64,000 bases of DNA from Acutalibacteraceae bacterium (GCA_045544175.1 JAZPYL010000064.1:57332-121331); one strand, 5' to 3'. Shown: positions 49,188 through 58,830, counted from the first letter of the stretch. Numbers and translations: made by a program. Notes: generated from the letters alone by a model not told the origin.

Positions 49188-49595
49188 TTATCTTGATGCG
49201 AGGAAGCTTTCGAGAATCATAACTGCCGAAACAGCATCTACAATCTCTTTTCGCTTTTTTCCTCGAACATTAGTGACATTAAGAGCCTTATGTGCAGAAA
49301 CAGTAGTCAATCGTTCGTCCCACATAACAGCTTTAATTCCTGTCTGAGCTGAAAGGGAGTCTGCAAACTCTTTGCATTTTTCTGCTCTCTCCCCCGATGT
49401 GCCGTCCATATTTTTCGGAAGACCGACAACAATAAGCTCGGGCTTATATTGCGAAATCATCTTTTCAATCTCAGCAATTACCTTAGGTGCATAAGATTGC
49501 GTAATAACTGTTACAGGAGAAGCAAGCATCTCAAGCTTATCGCAGACAGCAATACCCGTCCTTACGTCACCGTAATCGACAGACATAATTACCAT
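49188..49595 (-). CDS. ruvX: Holliday-junction-resolvase-like / pre-16S rRNA nuclease YqgF
   Basis: 135 aa with SVDYGDVRTGIAV, VVGLPKNMDGT and WDERLTT. Confidence 0.9.
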   Translation of the reverse strand: MVIMSVDYGDVRTGIAVCDKLEMLASPVTVITQSYAPKVIAEIEKMISQYKPELIVVGLPKNMDGTSGERAEKCKEFADSLSAQTGIKAVMWDERLTTVSAHKALNVTNVRGKKRKEIVDAVSAVMILESFLASR

Positions 49596-49606
49596 AAATT
49601 TCCACC

Positions 49607-51682
49607 TTACATTTCAACATCCACAAGCTTGTTATCTATAGCTTCTCTTACCTGTGTAAAGGTCTTAGCGGGAAGCTCTGTATGAATTTTACTGAAGACA
49701 TTTCTGAAAATAGTTTTTGACGGGTTAGACGAACCTGTTCTCAGGTCAGAACGGTAGTCGAAGCCATACCATACAGCAGAAACGTAATGAGGTGTACCGC
49801 CGCAGTACCATTTGTCGCAGTTGTCTGAGGTTGTACCTGTTTTTGCAAAGGTCTGGAATCTGCTGATTTTTGAGCCGTAACCTGTACCGTAGCTCTGGTT
49901 AACAGCTCCGGTAAGCATTGAAAGCATTTCTGATGCAGTATTTCTGCTTATAGCCTGCTCAGGCTTATTATTGGTATTGTCGAGTAAAACCTCGCCGTTT
50001 CTGTCAGTTACCTTGTAATAGCTATAAGGCTTATAATATCTTCCGCCGTTACCGAATGTAGCAAAAGCTGCAGCCATTTCGAGTGTAGTGACACCTGTCT
50101 GTGTACCGCCAACGCCCAAGGGGCTAAGGTCTTTATCGCCCTCGCTCAGATTGAGATGGAATGCCTCATTACAGTATTTAAGAGGAATTTCAACACCAAG
50201 CATTTCATCAAGAATTCGTACGGGAACTGTATTAAGAGAACGTATAAGCGCATTTTCAACAGTTACATAATCTCCTGAGCCATGGTCACCGTTAAAGTTT
50301 CTCGGCCATTTTTCGCCCTTTAATATGATAGCCTGTTCAAGAACAACAGACTGTGATGTAAGTCTTCCTGTATCAATTGCGGGAGCATACACGGAAAGAG
50401 GCTTGATTGAAGAGCCCGGCTGTCTCTTGGCACGGACATCAGTTGCTCTGTTATAAGCGCGGTTAGCTGTCTTTTTTCCCGTACCGCCTACAAGTGCAAC
50501 AATCCTTCCCTCGTAGTCCATAATAGTCATCGATGATTCGGGAAGCTCACCGTATGAGTCATAGTGTGACCAGGGGAAGCCTGTACGGTTTTCGTAGGCA
50601 GACTCAAGAGTTTTCTGAATATCAAGGTCAACAGCTGCGTAAATCTTAAGACCGCCGTAGTATACCTGTCTCCATGCTTCATTATAATCGTAGCCGTATT
50701 CGTCCTGAAGGTCTGCAATAACCTGTTCTACAACGTATTCTTCATACCAGGACATAATTTCGGCTGTATCTATCTCTTCTTCACTTTCAGCGGAAGCGTT
50801 CTTGCTGAGAATCTTAACCTTCTTATTGTATGCCTTGTCAGCCTGCTCCTGGGTGATTTTCTCTTCTTCCACCATTGCATCAAGGCATCGCTTCTGTCTT
50901 GCTTTGCATTTTTCCATATTTGCGTGCGGATTAGTTGTATAGGGAGCCTTTGTGATACCTGCAAGCATTGCACATTCGGCAAGATTAAGCTCATTTACCT
51001 CTTTGCCGAAATAAGTTTCAGCTGCAGTTTTTACTCCGTAACAGCCGGAACCTAATGAAACAGTGTTAAGATATGCTTCAAGAATATCCTTCTTTGAATA
51101 GTTTCTTTCAAGATTCAGAGCCTTTGTAATTTCGTGGAATTTTCTGTTATAAGTAGCAGAATTTTCGTCAGTTAAATTTTTGATAAGCTGCTGCGTAATA
51201 GTCGAAGCACCCTGACCTTCATAAGCAGGGTTTATAATAACAGCAATTGTTCTTATCCAGTCAACACCGCTGTGATTATAAAAACGGAAATCTTCAAGGC
51301 AAATGAAAGCCCAGAGGAGATTTTCGGGCATATCCTCATAGTCTACCCAGATTCTGTTTTCCTCACCGTGAAGTCGGGTAAGCTCGATAATATTTTCTTC
51401 TGAATCGTAGGCGTACATAATCGATGTCTGATTCTGAGAGTTTTTATACATCTCAAGGTCAATAGCTTCATCGCCGTTGACAAAAGAATCCATATATGAC
51501 GCAACAGAACCGCCGACAATAATAAATGTCAGCATACCTGCCACGAATATACAAAAGAAAAAGAGGAATATTGTATAGAGCACTGAATGTTTCTTTTTCT
51601 TCCTTTTCTTTTTCACTTTTGGAGTCGATGCATCTGTTTGTACAGAGTTCTTTTTAACTCTTTTATTTTTATTGTTTTCCAT
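49607..51682 (-). CDS. Class A penicillin-binding protein (GT51 transglycosylase + transpeptidase)
   Basis: 691 aa, N-terminal TM. GT51 EDFRFYNHSGVD and GASTITQQL. Transpeptidase SSIKP, SLN, KTGT. Confidence 0.9.
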   Translation of the reverse strand: MENNKNKRVKKNSVQTDASTPKVKKKRKKKKHSVLYTIFLFFFCIFVAGMLTFIIVGGSVASYMDSFVNGDEAIDLEMYKNSQNQTSIMYAYDSEENIIELTRLHGEENRIWVDYEDMPENLLWAFICLEDFRFYNHSGVDWIRTIAVIINPAYEGQGASTITQQLIKNLTDENSATYNRKFHEITKALNLERNYSKKDILEAYLNTVSLGSGCYGVKTAAETYFGKEVNELNLAECAMLAGITKAPYTTNPHANMEKCKARQKRCLDAMVEEEKITQEQADKAYNKKVKILSKNASAESEEEIDTAEIMSWYEEYVVEQVIADLQDEYGYDYNEAWRQVYYGGLKIYAAVDLDIQKTLESAYENRTGFPWSHYDSYGELPESSMTIMDYEGRIVALVGGTGKKTANRAYNRATDVRAKRQPGSSIKPLSVYAPAIDTGRLTSQSVVLEQAIILKGEKWPRNFNGDHGSGDYVTVENALIRSLNTVPVRILDEMLGVEIPLKYCNEAFHLNLSEGDKDLSPLGVGGTQTGVTTLEMAAAFATFGNGGRYYKPYSYYKVTDRNGEVLLDNTNNKPEQAISRNTASEMLSMLTGAVNQSYGTGYGSKISRFQTFAKTGTTSDNCDKWYCGGTPHYVSAVWYGFDYRSDLRTGSSNPSKTIFRNVFSKIHTELPAKTFTQVREAIDNKLVDVEM

Positions 51683-51916
51683 AATCAGAAGTCCTCCGCT
51701 TTTAGAAATTTATCTGAATACAGACATAGTCTCACATATTAACTTATATTATAATAAATCAGTGAAATTAAATCAACATTAATAGTAATAATTTTCACAA
51801 TTTTAATTATTTTTTCTGTTAAATATAAGAAAAACGTTATTATTTTCAATTATTGGATACTTTCAGTCTTATATTCTGTAAAAAATAAGACAAGGTCTCC
51901 CCTGCCTTATTTTGCT

Positions 51917-51945
51917 TTAAGGTAACGGTAATCGAACCGAACAAG
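51917..51945. repeat. Left arm of a 29-bp inverted repeat (27/29 match)
   Basis: TTAAGGTAACGGTAATCGAACCGAACAAG is the reverse complement of 52167-52195 except for 2 positions. Confidence 0.9.
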
Positions 51946-52160
51946 CCAAAATGTCCGATTTCCGGCACCTTTGTAATTTTTTCTCCTCGCAATACGCGAG
52001 TATTGTTTCGTCGAAGAAAATCCCAAATGCACCAAAACTCGGGCATTTACGGTCTTCGAGTTTAATGGGTGAAGATTTTTCTTGTAGCAAGGCAAAAGGT
52101 GAAGGGAATACTTGCGTATTTCCGAGGCTTTTAACGATACTACAGGGAAAATATGCCCCA

Positions 52161-55100
52161 TTAAACCTTGTACGGTTCGACTACCGTTACCTTAACTGTT
52201 TTAACGTCGCTGTAATAGCCGTACATCTTTGTACCGTTGATAGTTTTATATGCTCTTATTTTAATAAAATAAGTTTTACCTTTAAGTATACCTTTAAGGA
52301 CTTTCTTAGTGTCAGCGGGATTTTTCACCGTTACGGTCTTTTTACTGCTGAAGCTCTTGTTTGTTGCATAGACAATCTCATATCCGTCACAAGCCATTTT
52401 CTTCCATTTAACCGTTATTTCTCCCTTAGAAGCAACAGGTTTTTTCAGCTTAGCTTTCGAAGGCTTAGTAGCAGAGGTATGAGTCTTCTTATAAGAAAAG
52501 ACTTTCGAGCCTGAATTATCAGAATAAGCTTTAACGGCAAACTTATATTCTGTGCCGCTTTTAAGGTCAGCTCCGTCTATTTTCTTTACTGTATACGAAA
52601 GGTTTTTGGTATCTTTGATAGCTACATATTTTTTAGTTTTACTGTTGTAATAATAAATTCTGTAGCCCGTTGCACCCTTGACTTCATTCCAGTAAAGCTT
52701 AATGCTCTTAATTGACGGCTCTGATGTAATTCTTTTTACTTTTGGCGGAACAATTTTAAACGACAGAGTTTTCGAGCCGGAATATTTACCTTTAAAAGTT
52801 ATTTTTACTGTATACTTCCCTGTTTTCTTTCTGCCTGACTGAAATTTTACAGTATAGTCGGTGCCTTCTTTAAGAGCGTTGCCCTTACTGTCCTTAACAG
52901 TTACGGCAGGCTTTTTGCTCTTTCCGTCATAAATGTAGGATGTCTCAGAAAGCTTCACTGAGGCAATTTTATAGATTGTTTCTGTAGCTGACACCCTGCC
53001 GCACATGGTGCAGGTTTTCTTTTTACTGCCATCCTTTTTCAGGGTAGCTTTCGTGATAACATATGAATAACTGTGGGAAAGCTTTTTAATTGTCTGCACA
53101 TCAGTTTTCGCATTACATCTTTTGCAATGGCGTGATTTGCTGCCGACGGATTTACAGGTTGCTTTTTTATCTACTGTAAAACTGCTTTTATAGCTATGAC
53201 CGAGTTTAGCGGTTATGCCAGATTTGATTTCTGCGCCGCAGGAACACTTATAAATACTGTAGCCGCCGGATGTGCAGGTCGGCTCAATAACTGAGGATTT
53301 TTTGTAGTCGTGTCCTTTTGCAGAAACAGTTCTTTCGCGATAATATTTACATTCAGTACAATCCGCTCTTTCCTTACCTTCAGTAATACATTTAGGCTTA
53401 TCAATTAAACAGAACTCGGATAATTTATGTCCTGAAGCTTTAACAATGTTATCAAAATAGCTGTCGCCGCAAGAGCAAGTATATATTGTGTAACCTATGT
53501 CAGTACATGTGGGTTCAACAACAGACGATACATATTGATGCTTTTTAAGCTTGATTTCTTTCGTATCAGAGTAATCGCACCCTCTGCTACAATACGCTCT
53601 AGCTTCGCCTTTTTCTGTGCAAGTTGATTCTTTAAGTACAACATAATCGCCCATACTGTGCTCACTGTATTCAGGCTCTATTTCTTCGTGACCCGATAAA
53701 TAAAGATTGCACTGTACACAAAACTCACCTGAAGTATAACCCGGGTATATGCAGACAGGCAAAATCTCAGGTATATTTGATACATTATGAGATTTACAAT
53801 GCTTAGTTGCAGATGCAAAATCAGAATTACCTGATTCATAAAGCTCAATTTCTTCAAGAGCCTTTTCATCACCGTCGAACAAAATCATAGACAAATTTCT
53901 GCAAAAACCGAATGCAGATTTTTCAATTATGTTAATATTTGTACATAACCTTACTTTCGCAAGATTATTACAATTATAAAAAATACCTTCGGATAACTTT
54001 TCAATACCGGACGGCAATGCTATATTCTTAAGTTTGGTACAATCAGAAAAAGCAAACCTGCCGATTGATGTTACTGAATTTCCTATAGTGATTTTTCCAA
54101 GCTCATTACAGTGTGAAAAAGCTTTATCGCCTATTGTTTCCACTCCAAACGGAATTTCAATTTCAGTTAATGAGCCGCAAGAGATAAAAGCACCATCCCC
54201 AATATGCATCAGATCATCATTAAGTGAAATTATACTAAGGTTATTGCAACAGTCGAATGCACCTACGGAAACAGTTACGGTACCATCAGGCACCTTATAT
54301 TTAGTCTTTGTAGAAGCGGACGGATATTTGATCAATTCTTTCCCGTCGCCACTGAACAGCACACTGTCTTCGACTTTAAAATTTCCGTTAAATCCATCGA
54401 CAGCTATCTCAGAAAGACAAGTACATTTACCGAATACATCTTTACCAATGGAACTTACCTTCGGACCTATAAACACGCTTTTTAGATCTTCGCATAAATA
54501 GAAGGCTCTGTCGCCAATTATCTCGGCACAATCAGATAGCTTTACGTTTTCAAACTTGCAACCGTAAAAGCACTCCACTCCGTAGAATTTTGCTTTCGGA
54601 CATAGAATCCACTCAGTAAACCCGCAACCTTTAAATGCTTTATCACCTATCGTTATTACATTTGACAAGCCCTCAGCACTATTCAATAATGAAGAATTTT
54701 CAAAAGCACTTACACCAACAGATAAAACATTGTCTCCTCCGCAAACGTTTTCAAGGTGCTGCATACCGTAAAAGGAACAGTCGCCTATATGAGAAATACC
54801 GCTGCCTACTGTAATCCTTGTTATATCATTACGGTATTTATAATAAGGAGAGTCGCCTGCAGTATAGTTCTTCATTTCACCTTCACCGTAAAGAACGAGA
54901 TTTCCGTTATCATATAACACCCACAAAATATCGCAGTCATTTTCACAGCAGAAGCCGGCGTCAATAATCAAGTGGCACTCATTACCACATACATCACAAA
55001 TTGTATCTCCGTCCTTGTCAGTATGATTAACCGTTATTATTTCTTTTGGTGTTATAAATGCCCCGCAGCCATTGCAACGAACAGCTTCTGTATATCCCGG

Positions 55101-56009
55101 ACTAACGCAGGAAGCAGGCAAGGAAGGCACAACAGATGTATCGTTGTGACTGCAGTATCCGCAAACAATATTGCTCTTATCAATACCGATATCATCCATT
55201 GATACGAAAGAAAGAGAACTTTCCGAACCGCAATAATATATTTCTCTAAGATTATTACAATTTTCAAATGCTCCTGTACCTATATTTTCTATGCCGTAGT
55301 TTATTATTACTGTTTCAAGACTATCGCATCCCCTGAATGCATTTTCACCTATATTTTTCAATGTTTCAGGAAAAGTTATTTCTTTAAGATTCCTGACTCC
55401 GTTGAAGGCGTCATTTTTAATATATGTTAAAGTTGAAGGCAAAGCATAATCAGATAAATCACTGTTAACCGGACAAAATATTAATTCAGTTTTATCAGAA
55501 TTATAGACAACTCCTCGCTCATCAACTGTAAATTCAGTGTTATTGATATCAACAAAGATTTTAAGCTTTCCGCAGCATGAAAATGCACCGTTTCCAATCG
55601 AAGTAATTTTTTTGGACAGAACAATATTTTCCGCATTATTCATACCATAAAACGCATAATTGCCTATTTTCTTGACTGTAGAAGCAATCTCAACAGTTTC
55701 AGCACTGCAACCGAAAAATGCATAGTCGCCTATTTCCGTAATTCCGTCTCTTATGATCAGTGTTGTTACCTTGGCCTCGTCAAAAAGCTGTGAATACGGC
55801 ATCTCCGTTTCATCGGAAAAAGGCAAAATTTTTCCGTTTCCTTCAACAATAAAAGTGCCGTCATCATAATAAGACCAGATTATATCAGAAGTTCCATCAT
55901 AACACCCATTCATGATAAGAACAGGCTCAGACGATAAGGCGAAAAAGCTCATTGAAATAATTAAAAGCATTAAAGAAATAATAAACAAAATTTTTTTCAT
56001 TGTGCACAC
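52161..56009 (-). CDS. Secreted giant surface protein: BspA-type leucine-rich repeats interrupted by Cys4 modules, C-terminal Ig/Fn3-like repeats
   Basis: 1282 aa with signal peptide MKKILFIISLMLLIISMSFFALS. Many IG(D/N)xAFxxC LRR_5 units. At least six ~33-aa Cys modules. Fn3-like tail (GYRIYYYNSKTKKY..). GTG start at 56009, or ATG at 56000. Confidence 0.8.
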   Translation of the reverse strand: MCTMKKILFIISLMLLIISMSFFALSSEPVLIMNGCYDGTSDIIWSYYDDGTFIVEGNGKILPFSDETEMPYSQLFDEAKVTTLIIRDGITEIGDYAFFGCSAETVEIASTVKKIGNYAFYGMNNAENIVLSKKITSIGNGAFSCCGKLKIFVDINNTEFTVDERGVVYNSDKTELIFCPVNSDLSDYALPSTLTYIKNDAFNGVRNLKEITFPETLKNIGENAFRGCDSLETVIINYGIENIGTGAFENCNNLREIYYCGSESSLSFVSMDDIGIDKSNIVCGYCSHNDTSVVPSLPASCVSPGYTEAVRCNGCGAFITPKEIITVNHTDKDGDTICDVCGNECHLIIDAGFCCENDCDILWVLYDNGNLVLYGEGEMKNYTAGDSPYYKYRNDITRITVGSGISHIGDCSFYGMQHLENVCGGDNVLSVGVSAFENSSLLNSAEGLSNVITIGDKAFKGCGFTEWILCPKAKFYGVECFYGCKFENVKLSDCAEIIGDRAFYLCEDLKSVFIGPKVSSIGKDVFGKCTCLSEIAVDGFNGNFKVEDSVLFSGDGKELIKYPSASTKTKYKVPDGTVTVSVGAFDCCNNLSIISLNDDLMHIGDGAFISCGSLTEIEIPFGVETIGDKAFSHCNELGKITIGNSVTSIGRFAFSDCTKLKNIALPSGIEKLSEGIFYNCNNLAKVRLCTNINIIEKSAFGFCRNLSMILFDGDEKALEEIELYESGNSDFASATKHCKSHNVSNIPEILPVCIYPGYTSGEFCVQCNLYLSGHEEIEPEYSEHSMGDYVVLKESTCTEKGEARAYCSRGCDYSDTKEIKLKKHQYVSSVVEPTCTDIGYTIYTCSCGDSYFDNIVKASGHKLSEFCLIDKPKCITEGKERADCTECKYYRERTVSAKGHDYKKSSVIEPTCTSGGYSIYKCSCGAEIKSGITAKLGHSYKSSFTVDKKATCKSVGSKSRHCKRCNAKTDVQTIKKLSHSYSYVITKATLKKDGSKKKTCTMCGRVSATETIYKIASVKLSETSYIYDGKSKKPAVTVKDSKGNALKEGTDYTVKFQSGRKKTGKYTVKITFKGKYSGSKTLSFKIVPPKVKRITSEPSIKSIKLYWNEVKGATGYRIYYYNSKTKKYVAIKDTKNLSYTVKKIDGADLKSGTEYKFAVKAYSDNSGSKVFSYKKTHTSATKPSKAKLKKPVASKGEITVKWKKMACDGYEIVYATNKSFSSKKTVTVKNPADTKKVLKGILKGKTYFIKIRAYKTINGTKMYGYYSDVKTVKVTVVEPYKV
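52167..52195. repeat. Right arm of the 29-bp inverted repeat; lies inside the last 11 codons of the LRR gene
   Basis: CTTGTACGGTTCGACTACCGTTACCTTAA. On the minus strand it encodes KVTVVEPYK. Confidence 0.9.
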
Positions 56010-56045
56010 ACTTAACCCCTAAATATTTTCAAAATTATTTTTTAT

Positions 56046-56073
56046 ATTCTAACATTTATTTGCATTTTGTCAA
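56046..56073 (-). promoter_or_regulatory. Sigma-A type promoter of the LRR surface-protein gene
   Basis: Minus strand: TTGACA (56073-56068), 16 nt, TAGAAT (56051-56046). Confidence 0.5.
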
Positions 56074-56094
56074 CTTGTGTAAATTTGTGTGGTA

Positions 56095-56127
56095 AATAAA
56101 AAAATAAAGGCGGAGATAATCTCCGCC
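56095..56127 (-). terminator. Intrinsic terminator after the GPH transporter
   Basis: GGCGGAG/CTCCGCC stem, then TTTATTTTTTTATTT on the minus strand. Confidence 0.75.
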
Positions 56128-56138
56128 CGAAAAAAATA

Positions 56139-57656
56139 TCATTCTTCGACAACCATCTTTGCTCTCTTTTCAGCAAGCTCAACAATCATTCTCATCTGAA
56201 GCTCACCGTGAATGGGATAAAGAATAAACGAAAGACCGTAAAGACCTCTTGCAAGAGCAGGAAGTATACAGAATACAATCCAAATACCTCTCAGAATCGT
56301 CGGATCAGTATTAGGTATAGCATTGCCTGCCTCATCAGTAAGAGGAACATATTTGATCCAGTGAAGAACCATACCTGAAAGCCAGCCTGTAACTGAATAA
56401 GCCAGCTTATTGAAATAACCCTGAACAGTAGTTACAAGTGCTTCGCTGCGGATGCCGTCCTTCCACTCCATATAATCAAGAGCATCAGCTGTAAGGATAG
56501 GATTACAAACAGTAATAATCTTATTGGGAAGACCTGCAATTGTAAGAAGCACAATAACAGCAATAAGGTTAATAACTCTTTTTTCGCCAAATTCACTACT
56601 AAAGATTGCACCGTTGGGGAAACCAAGCACAAACAGAAGCAGATATGCACCAAGACCGAACAGACCTGCAAAAATGGCAACTGCTCTTGCGCCGAACTTT
56701 TTAATGAACTTAGCGGCAATGGGAATCATAAAGTAGTTAGGAATACCCGTAAAAAGACCGCAGATTGTAGCGTGCGCAATGTCGCCCGTATTGTTAAGCC
56801 AGAAATAGCTTTCCGAAGAACCGCCAACAGCTTTAAAGCTGTTGAAGAAGTCAGAAAGTATAATTGCAATAAGAGGTCTGTTTTTAATAATAGTTTTAAA
56901 GGACTTCCACGCTGAAACCTTATTCATTTCCTCTCGGCTTTGAAGAGGTATTCTCTCACGCATATTAAAGAAACCGAACACAGCAAATGTTGCCGAGAAA
57001 ATAAGCATAAAATATGCAAATCCGCTATAAATGCCACTCATTGAAAATGACGGATTAATCTTGGGAAGAACAGAAACCAATATAGGCAGGAATGAGGGCA
57101 GCCAGACACCGAAATTCTCAACAAACTTGGTTACATATATCAAGTTGTTTCGTTCATTGGTATTTGGGGTAATACTGTAAATTATAAGACTCCATGCGTT
57201 GAAATAACTCATACCGAGTCCGTAAATAACAGTTGCAGCTGCTACCCATACTATTTTAAGGGTATCGCTGATATCAGGAACCGTATAGAACATATAACCG
57301 CCTAAAATCCAGAGCGGTAAAGGAAGGATAAAGAACGGACGCACTCGGCCCCAACGTGTTCTCGTACGGTCAATAATAAGGCCTGAAATCGTATCGTCAA
57401 CGGCATCGTAAATAGTTGCAAAAAGGTTTATGTTAGCAAAAACAGCAGGATTAATCTTTACGAACTGAATCATAAAGAACTCCTTAGATGCGCCTATGAA
57501 CTGAGTCAGGTTTTTCTGACCGAAGTTGACAAGCAGATATGCTATCATTTCTTTAGGTCTGAGATATCTTTTCTTTGTCTGTGCCAGTTTATTGAGAAGC
57601 TGTTCATCAGCCTGCTCCTGGGCGGCAGAACCGGTGTTTACCTGTGTATCTGACAT
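56139..57656 (-). CDS. Glycoside-pentoside-hexuronide (GPH):cation symporter family MFS transporter
   Basis: 505 aa, 12 hydrophobic segments, GPH-type DRTRTRWGRVRPF loop motif. Confidence 0.8.
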   Translation of the reverse strand: MSDTQVNTGSAAQEQADEQLLNKLAQTKKRYLRPKEMIAYLLVNFGQKNLTQFIGASKEFFMIQFVKINPAVFANINLFATIYDAVDDTISGLIIDRTRTRWGRVRPFFILPLPLWILGGYMFYTVPDISDTLKIVWVAAATVIYGLGMSYFNAWSLIIYSITPNTNERNNLIYVTKFVENFGVWLPSFLPILVSVLPKINPSFSMSGIYSGFAYFMLIFSATFAVFGFFNMRERIPLQSREEMNKVSAWKSFKTIIKNRPLIAIILSDFFNSFKAVGGSSESYFWLNNTGDIAHATICGLFTGIPNYFMIPIAAKFIKKFGARAVAIFAGLFGLGAYLLLFVLGFPNGAIFSSEFGEKRVINLIAVIVLLTIAGLPNKIITVCNPILTADALDYMEWKDGIRSEALVTTVQGYFNKLAYSVTGWLSGMVLHWIKYVPLTDEAGNAIPNTDPTILRGIWIVFCILPALARGLYGLSFILYPIHGELQMRMIVELAEKRAKMVVEE

Positions 57657-57687
57657 TCAATCACTCTTTTCAAACGTATTTTCAAGA

Positions 57688-58596
57688 TTATTTCTTGTCT
57701 TTTTTAGCCAGAGCTTCTTTGGCTTTTCTGACCTTTTCTGCCTGCTCTTCTTCGGCTCTCTTTTCAGCTTCAGCTTTCGCTGCTTCTTTTCTCTTTCTCT
57801 CTTCTTCTTCTTTTTCTTCCTTGATTCTGACTTTTTCTGCCCTTGCAGCCTCAAGTACTTCGTCAGAAGCAACCTCTGAACGTGAAACAAGTAAATTCAC
57901 AGCAGCTGCAGCAACAAGAAGAACAAGATATACAAAAGTGCCCCAAAGCACAGATACGGTAGCATTTTCAAATTCAAGTGTAGCAATCGCAAAAGAAGAA
58001 TTTACTTTTGAAGATGAAATCATAAAGATAACTGCACTGATAATTACAAATACTATACTTACAATATCAGTAATCCAGGTTGCCTTTGTGTCTGATTTTC
58101 TGAAACGCACAAGGATCATAAAGAAAGCAACCACAATAGCTACAACGCTGAAAAGCATCATTATAAATCCAAGCATTATAAAGGTTACGGGACCTTTGAA
58201 GCCTTCAGCACTCATAGCCGAAATAATTCCGCCTAAATTTTTGAAAAGAATTCCAAAAAACTTGATTGTTGACTCACCGTCGGTAAAAATACCTATAAGA
58301 TCAAAGCTTAAGGTTGATTTTTCACTCGAAACGGTTGCCCAAGGAAGAATAAATCCAATCGCAGGAAGAAGTGAAATTATCAATCTTATGATTCTTAACT
58401 TAGTTCCGATTACAGTGAATTTAAGTCGGTTTAAGGTCTTATAAAGAGCTGCAAATTTTTCTTCGGCTCTGATGTTATCCTCTTCAAGACGGGCTTCCCA
58501 GTTGAAATTGGGAATACTTACACCGCAATCAGGACAATCAGCCTTAAAATTATACCATTTGAGCACTCTGCCGCAATTAGGACAATTGGTTGCCAT
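57688..58596 (-). CDS. Zinc-ribbon polytopic membrane protein with K/E-rich C-terminal tail, unknown function
   Basis: 302 aa. CPNCG-x12-CPDCG at the N-terminus, about 5 hydrophobic segments, a 60-aa EEKEEEERKRKEAAKAEAEKRAEEEQAEK tail. Sits 31 nt upstream of the GPH transporter. Confidence 0.55.
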   Translation of the reverse strand: MATNCPNCGRVLKWYNFKADCPDCGVSIPNFNWEARLEEDNIRAEEKFAALYKTLNRLKFTVIGTKLRIIRLIISLLPAIGFILPWATVSSEKSTLSFDLIGIFTDGESTIKFFGILFKNLGGIISAMSAEGFKGPVTFIMLGFIMMLFSVVAIVVAFFMILVRFRKSDTKATWITDIVSIVFVIISAVIFMISSSKVNSSFAIATLEFENATVSVLWGTFVYLVLLVAAAAVNLLVSRSEVASDEVLEAARAEKVRIKEEKEEEERKRKEAAKAEAEKRAEEEQAEKVRKAKEALAKKDKK

Positions 58597-58778
58597 CTGA
58601 ACACCCTTTCTTTCTTAATGTTATGAACTGATTTAATTAACAGCCACGTAACACTATTGATATATCCTCTATTTTTGCATAAAGGTACTTGATTATTTTA
58701 TAATTTTATTCATCAATTGTCAAGGCGATTTGAAAAATGTAAACCAAGAAATAAGTAATTTTATCTGTAAATATTTAA

Positions 58779-58820
58779 ACAAAAAACAGGTGTCTCTGAT
58801 TTTTACACCGGAGACACCTG
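58779..58820 (-). terminator. Intrinsic terminator after the glycoside hydrolase
   Basis: CAGGTGTCTC/GAGACACCTG 10-bp stem, then TTTTTTGTTT on the minus strand. Confidence 0.7.
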
Positions 58821-58830
58821 AAATAAATCT

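Noticed and set aside
52160-52185. GTACGGTTC in the right repeat arm resembling the 3' half of group II intron domain V
   Set aside because: There is no matching 5' half (GAGCCGTAT-type), no GNRA-capped 34-nt hairpin and no IEP/RT ORF nearby. I judge it a chance similarity.
51917-52195. Diversity-generating retroelement (VR/TR pair) or Hin/Gin-type hix site at the LRR gene 3' end
   Set aside because: The repeat is inverted and only 29 bp, with no adenine-specific mismatch pattern and no reverse transcriptase gene. The AAACC..GGTT spacing (6 nt) does not fit the 12-2-12 hix/gix layout. It is kept only as a generic inverted-repeat finding.
51907-52514. ORFs 51951-52514 (+, 187 aa) and 51907-52161 (-, 84 aa) inside the inverted-repeat region
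   Set aside because: Neither has an RBS. The plus ORF runs antisense into the LRR gene. Their shared peptide LVRFDYRYL is just the inverted repeat read in another frame on both strands.
57526-58444. Plus-strand ORFs 57526-57879 (117 aa) and 57644-58444 (266 aa), and minus-strand ORF 57657-57890 (77 aa, K-rich)
   Set aside because: They are antisense or alternative-frame shadows of the Zn-ribbon membrane gene and its GAA/AAG-rich tail. They are low-complexity S/F/L or K-rich translations with no RBS. The minus-strand 302-aa ORF has coherent domain architecture.
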